DNA from: Myxococcota bacterium | GTDB taxonomy: Bacteria; Myxococcota_A; UBA796; CAJQPC01 | Reading direction: 5' to 3' | Length of the DNA stretch: 64,000 nt | Assembly: GCA_036012755.1 (NCBI GenBank) | Contig: DASCPX010000087.1 | Span: 1-64,000, forward strand | In this document: positions 63,309-64,000 of the stretch, one piece after another | Numbering within the stretch: the first letter of the stretch is position 1 | Layout: each line of letters begins with the position of its first letter | Translations under genes and position numbers: made by a program | Notes under the pieces: generated by a model | What the model was told of the DNA's origin: nothing | The model's input: only the letters and a program-made list of their open reading frames with translations | The model's database searches: none

Positions 63309-63791
63309 TCACCCCGGGGCAGGCAGCAGGACCCACTGCGAGGCCTGCACGGCCAGCCAGACCGGACGCATGGGGTCCTCGCAGAGGGGTGGAGCTTTTG
63401 CGAGCAGGGCCTGGGCGTCCTCGGCGTAGGGAGCGAAGCGCTCCGGGAGGGCCACCACCGCGCGACGAGCGAGGTCGAACTCCAGCGCGTGGGCGTCGGT
63501 CCAACCAAGGAAGCTCAGGGCAGCGGCCACGCTGTCGAGGTTCTCCAGGATTCTCCGGGCGTCGCCTGTCCGTAGGCCGTCGACCAGGGCGCCCGGGTCG
63601 AGGCCGTCTCGGGCATCGGCGACCGTCTCGCCGTGAGCTTCACGCCACGCAACAGCCTCGAGGACCAGCGGGTCGTCGGCTTCAAACCGGGCCAGAAAGC
63701 CAGCGGCTTCCGCGATTCGGAGGGCGTTGTCGCCCTCCGCCAGTGCTACCCCGAGGCAGTCGCGGAGCTCCTCCTGGTCACGGCGAATCAC
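63309..63791 (-). CDS. Helical hypothetical protein, convergent on the NTPase operon
   Basis: AGGAG RBS before GTG 63791; protein-like Ala/Leu/Asp-rich sequence. Confidence 0.55.
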   Translation of the reverse strand: MIRRDQEELRDCLGVALAEGDNALRIAEAAGFLARFEADDPLVLEAVAWREAHGETVADARDGLDPGALVDGLRTGDARRILENLDSVAAALSFLGWTDAHALEFDLARRAVVALPERFAPYAEDAQALLAKAPPLCEDPMRPVWLAVQASQWVLLPAPG

Positions 63792-64000
63792 GGCATCTCC
63801 TGAAACAAGGATATGACGGGCCGCGCGGACCGTGACGTACAGGGGGGGTTCAAGTCGCTCGAATCCTGTGATTACGCAGGGTTGTATCGACAGGTGTCGA
63901 GATCCGGCCCTCATGACGTCCTGGGAATCCTCACGAAGGAGTCCCAGTGCAGCCCCAGAACCCCATCCTCGACTCCCTCCGCGACAACTCCGACCACCTG

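Noticed and set aside
63842..63868. tRNA T-arm-like text (gggggttcaagtcgctcgaatcc) as tRNA or att site
   Set aside because: No cloverleaf, CCA end, matching second copy or integrase found in the window; a tRNA scan and the right flank would be needed.

Overview
GC-rich (roughly 70% by eye) bacterial DNA. The gene content (MopE-type and FG-GAP surface lipoproteins, TPR/PEGA proteins, a membrane Ser/Thr kinase, a MYXO-CTERM-like tail) suggests Myxococcota; this is inference. Four blocks are visible. (1) 1-17.7 kb: an extracellular contractile injection system (eCIS, Afp/PVC-like) on the minus strand: cap, two sheaths, two tubes, tail chaperone plus DUF6760, a large tape-measure/cargo candidate and a LysM tube initiator that runs off the left edge. 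The DUF4157-like gene and the AAA+ ATPase are displaced beyond argE-like, D-amino acid dehydratase and hutF genes. The chaperone/DUF6760 junction carries a complete -1 ribosomal frameshift signal (internal SD, G GGG GAA, stem-loop 6 nt downstream). (2) 17.7-39.5 kb: envelope and surface-protein genes and a kinase-vWA-FHA cluster. (3) 39.5-58 kb: housekeeping genes (queE, fumC, hemE, hemH, hemY, cobS), a Tat/Rieske flavoprotein and a multiply frameshifted metalloprotease remnant. (4) 58-63.8 kb: the most unusual locus, a full-length but catalytically degenerate RelA/SpoT homologue fused to a STAND-like NTPase, translationally coupled to a second STAND-like NTPase with a winged-helix domain, and divergent from an ECF-sigma-like gene. 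No rRNA, tRNA, CRISPR array or transposase could be supported. All family assignments come from motif recognition by eye, not from database searches.
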